From a virus (Duplodnaviria > Caudoviricetes), in IMG/VR virus record IMGVR_UViG_3300027869_000008, positions 1 through 54,373 of that record: 54,373 nt of DNA. One strand, written 5' to 3'. The translations under genes and the position numbers were made by a program. The notes under the pieces are model-generated. The model saw only the letters and a program-made list of their open reading frames with translations, was not told the origin of the DNA and did no database searches. The stretch's first letter is position 1, and each line of letters begins with the position of its first letter. Shown piece after piece: positions 53,912-54,373 of this stretch.

Positions 53912-54373
53912 CTAGTATGGTCTGCGGATGGGAGTTCCTCCACCTGAGACTCCTCCGGCGCTAGAACCACCGGGGAGCTGGACTTGATTCAGGCCGCCAC
54001 CGATTGCTTGAGCAGGGGGAGTGGAGCCCCAAGACATATAGGGGAGTTGACCGTAGCTACTACCTCCTCCGTAGCTTCCGTAGTATGGACTGTAGCCTCC
54101 TCCACTGGAGCCTGGGGTGTAGTAGCCGGTTGAGGGGTTGTAGCTGTAGCCACTCGTGGGGCCGTAGCCTTGGTAGCCATAGCCTCCGTAGGCTGAGCCG
54201 TAGGGGGAGCTATAGTTACCCATTGAGGGGGGGTATCTGTAGCTACTTCCTCCACTATAGCCGCCGTAGCCTCCGTAGTAGGGGGAGGTTCCGTAGGGAC
54301 TTCCTCCGTAACTTGAACCGTAGGAACTACCGTAACCGTATGGTGAGCCACCGTAGCCATATCCATAAGGAGA
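53912..54373 (-). CDS. 3' part of the junction-spanning G/S/Y-rich protein (starts at 992)
   Basis: Frame is open from the window end through GYSGGSSYRYPPSMGNY to TAG at 53912. Confidence 0.85.
   Translation of the reverse strand, partial: SPYGYGYGGSPYGYGSSYGSSYGGSPYGTSPYYGGYGGYSGGSSYRYPPSMGNYSSPYGSAYGGYGYQGYGPTSGYSYNPSTGYYTPGSSGGGYSPYYGSYGGGSSYGQLPYMSWGSTPPAQAIGGGLNQVQLPGGSSAGGVSGGGTPIRRPY
54236..54373. repeat. Terminal direct repeat (right copy)
   Basis: Matches 1-137 with one extra T, which preserves the reading frame. Confidence 0.95.

Overview
This window is an apparently complete, circularly permuted tailed-phage genome of about 54.2 kb. The ends overlap by 137/138 nt and differ by one T. 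The architecture is podovirus-like (P22/T7 style: portal, capsid, two tail proteins, large internal/ejection proteins, no tape measure). The minus-strand late arm (42 kb to the end, continuing through 1 to 18 kb) carries TerL, portal, scaffold, major capsid, tail and ejection proteins, an M15 endolysin and two free-standing homing endonucleases. The plus-strand early/replication arm (19.4-42 kb) carries many small ORFs, a Cas4/PD-(D/E)XK nuclease, an AAA_24-type ATPase, an SSB-like protein and a UDG-PolA fusion. An inverted RepA/AAA_25 helicase sits beside an iteron-rich origin. I recognised no integrase, RNA polymerase, primase or canonical tRNA. The most unusual signals are: (1) unannotated protamine/RGG-like micro-peptide genes with strong RBSs flanked by structured RNA, including a 126-nt multibranch RNA upstream of the scaffold/capsid genes, together with a G/S/Y prion-like virion protein split by the contig junction; (2) three tail-fibre-like proteins that all have export signals and paired cysteines; (3) an 1176-aa PEP-utiliser/dikinase-like enzyme overlapping a CX5R phosphatase; (4) a cluster of structured non-coding elements at 36.9-37.9 kb; (5) a palindromic operator abutting five -35 boxes. 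All functional calls come from motif recognition by eye; no searches or folding programs were run.
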